From NCBI GenBank assembly GCA_023231475.1, contig JALJEE010003280.1, positions 1-35,595 on the forward strand: DNA of 35,595 bases. Reading direction: 5' to 3'. How positions within the stretch are numbered: the stretch's first letter is position 1; every line of letters starts with the position of its first letter. The notes below the pieces were generated by a model. The model was not told the DNA's origin. It did not search any database and saw only the letters and a list, made by a program, of their open reading frames with translations. The translations under genes were made by a program, and so were the position numbers. This DNA comes from Seison nebaliae (Eukaryota). Below, in pieces: positions 33,627-35,595 of this stretch.

Positions 33627-35595
33627 ATGGGTATCAAATCTGTATCAAAAATAACGTCATGGGGAATCGTGTCAATAAGAACGAAAGAAATTATCACATG
33701 CGATAAAGTCAAAGACCACCACGGAAATAAATTGGCGAAAAGCTTCCCGACATACAGAATAACGTCTATCGAACAACCCAATTGGAACCACGATCATTTC
33801 TACATTATCGGAAAGATCGGCGAAATGTTCTTGCGTAAGTGTAAGAAGCACAATTTTTCGTCAAAAAGAAGAAACTTCAAAAAAAATTTCTTTGCGGAAG
33901 AAATCACGGAAATAATCGAAGATATCCTTCCAGAAAACATTGAAGCACTTCGTTTCTTATTCGAGAAACAAAACTCGAAAATTGAAATTAAATCCGGTCT
34001 CAGAATACAAGATAACTTACTAATTCCGACAGAAAAGGTAGAGTTAGAAAATATCATCGTGGGACAGATCAATCCACCAACTCGTCACGATAATGAATCG
34101 TTCAGGAATTGGAAAGATAAAATGGAACTTTACTTCACATCTAATCGTATCCCTTTTATCAGTTTATCCTTTTTATCATCTTAATCAATTGACGATTTAT
34201 TATCATAAAAGTCAGTGGGTACAGTTTCTATTCCACATTCGATTTGTATCAGAGTTTTCATCAAATCGATATAGTCGAAAGTGACGTCGAAAAAACCGCA
34301 TTTCGAACTTCTAATGGTCTGTTTGAATATGTCAAAATGCCATTCGGATTAATGAATGCGCCCATGACATTCCAACGTCACATGACGAATATTTTCGACG
34401 AAGATCCAAAAATATTGGTTTATTTGGACGACATAATCGTAATGAGCGATTCAATCGAAGAACATTGCAAACTCATCGCAAAAGTATTAGCACGATTGGC
34501 AATCAACAATCTAATTATTAATATCGAGAAATGTAAGTTGCGAAGAAGCACCATTTCTTTCCTCGGATTTGAAGTATCCAAATCAGGAATTAAGCCATTG
34601 GCAAGCAAAATAAAGATGTTAAAAGAGATTTCGAATCCTCGTTCGGTAAGAGAAGTCAGAGCTTTAATCGGATCCCTTAACATCTATCGTCGCCATATCC
34701 CGAATTTTGCAGAAATAATATTACCTATCCAAAAGTTGATAACAACAAAGTCGAAGAAAGTTGAATGGTCGGATACGGCAACCAAATCCAAAGATTTGAT
34801 AATCGATAAAATCAGCGAACGTATTCTGCTAAATCAACCGAATTTTCAGGAACCATTTATTGTGACGACGGATGCATCTCGTCATTCAATTGCCGGAATA
34901 CTATCGCAGAAGTTGACTGTCGATGAAGAGAACATCGTAGAATGTTTTTCAAGAAGCCTTTCGAGTAGCGAAAACAACTGGCATATCAATGAAAAGGAAG
35001 CATTAGCTATCGTGGAATCCGTAAAAAAATTTAAATATTATTTATTATTCGAATAAGCATAAGAAGTGATTCAAAACAAGCCATATCATTGCTGCAAAAA
35101 GCCGACGATAACTCCCGAAGAACGAGATGGAGGGAATATCTATCAAATTATTGTCTGGAATACCATCACATCCAGGGGAAAAGGAACACTTTTGCCGATC
35201 TTTTGTCAAGACAAGAAGAACTTGACGAGAATTCAATTTCAATATATTCGATCGAAGAAGAGTTCCACTGGAAAGAAATCCAAGAAAATTGCAGTTGGAT
35301 CAGAGAATTAAAAGAAGTAAAAGATGACCGATATAAAATGAGCGACGGAATATTGTATCGAAAGCGCAAAGAAATTGAAGGAATGAATGTGAATACAGGT
35401 CCCGATCGAATTGTAGTGCCTAACGAAATTATCGAAAAACTTATTAACAAAGTACATCAACATCAATTCTTCATTCACAGAGGAATGAATGCCATGAAGA
35501 ACATCATCTGTCATCAATACTACCACCCTAAATCCCATCAAATCATAAAACGTATATCAAATTCCTGTGAGCTATGTAGAAGAAACAAGTTTACG
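33627..35595 (+). mobile_element. Ty3/gypsy LTR retrotransposon, internally deleted and frameshifted (gag N-terminus, partial RT, RNase H, integrase HHCC); continues beyond the window
   Basis: STFDLYQSFHQI, KTAF, MPFGLMNAPMTFQR and YLDD (34421) for RT. TDAS...EKEALAI, then in another frame RWREYL...HIQGKRNTFADLLSR for RNase H. H-x6-H...CELC zinc-binding domain. RT-RH-IN order. Confidence 0.95.

Overview
AT-rich eukaryotic (animal) genomic DNA with very short spliceosomal introns (40-63 nt). It looks like a compact invertebrate genome; a seisonid rotifer or similar reduced spiralian is only a guess. Left half: a repeat-rich start and about 12 kb with no intact protein-coding gene (decayed LINE and MULE pieces, microsatellites), followed by an unusually long FoxP gene (about 1291 aa, 14053-18153). 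The FoxP locus is bracketed by two inverted copies of a ~220-bp GC-rich multi-hairpin repeat. Right half: a dense gene cluster of mitochondrial ribosomal protein mL38, intronless Ran, TMA7, an EPHX3/4-type epoxide hydrolase, a KCTD/BTB protein with a C-terminal TM helix, three orphan ORFs (one secreted), a glycerate-kinase (GLYCTK/MOFRL) homologue with eroded catalytic motifs, and a deleted Ty3/gypsy element running off the end. The main observation: all 16 coding-region introns I reconstructed by hand in five conserved genes start GTT instead of the usual GTR. The +5 G and the exonic -1 G are mostly absent, which suggests altered 5' splice-site recognition. One of these donors sits at the apex of a perfect 18-bp exon-intron hairpin.
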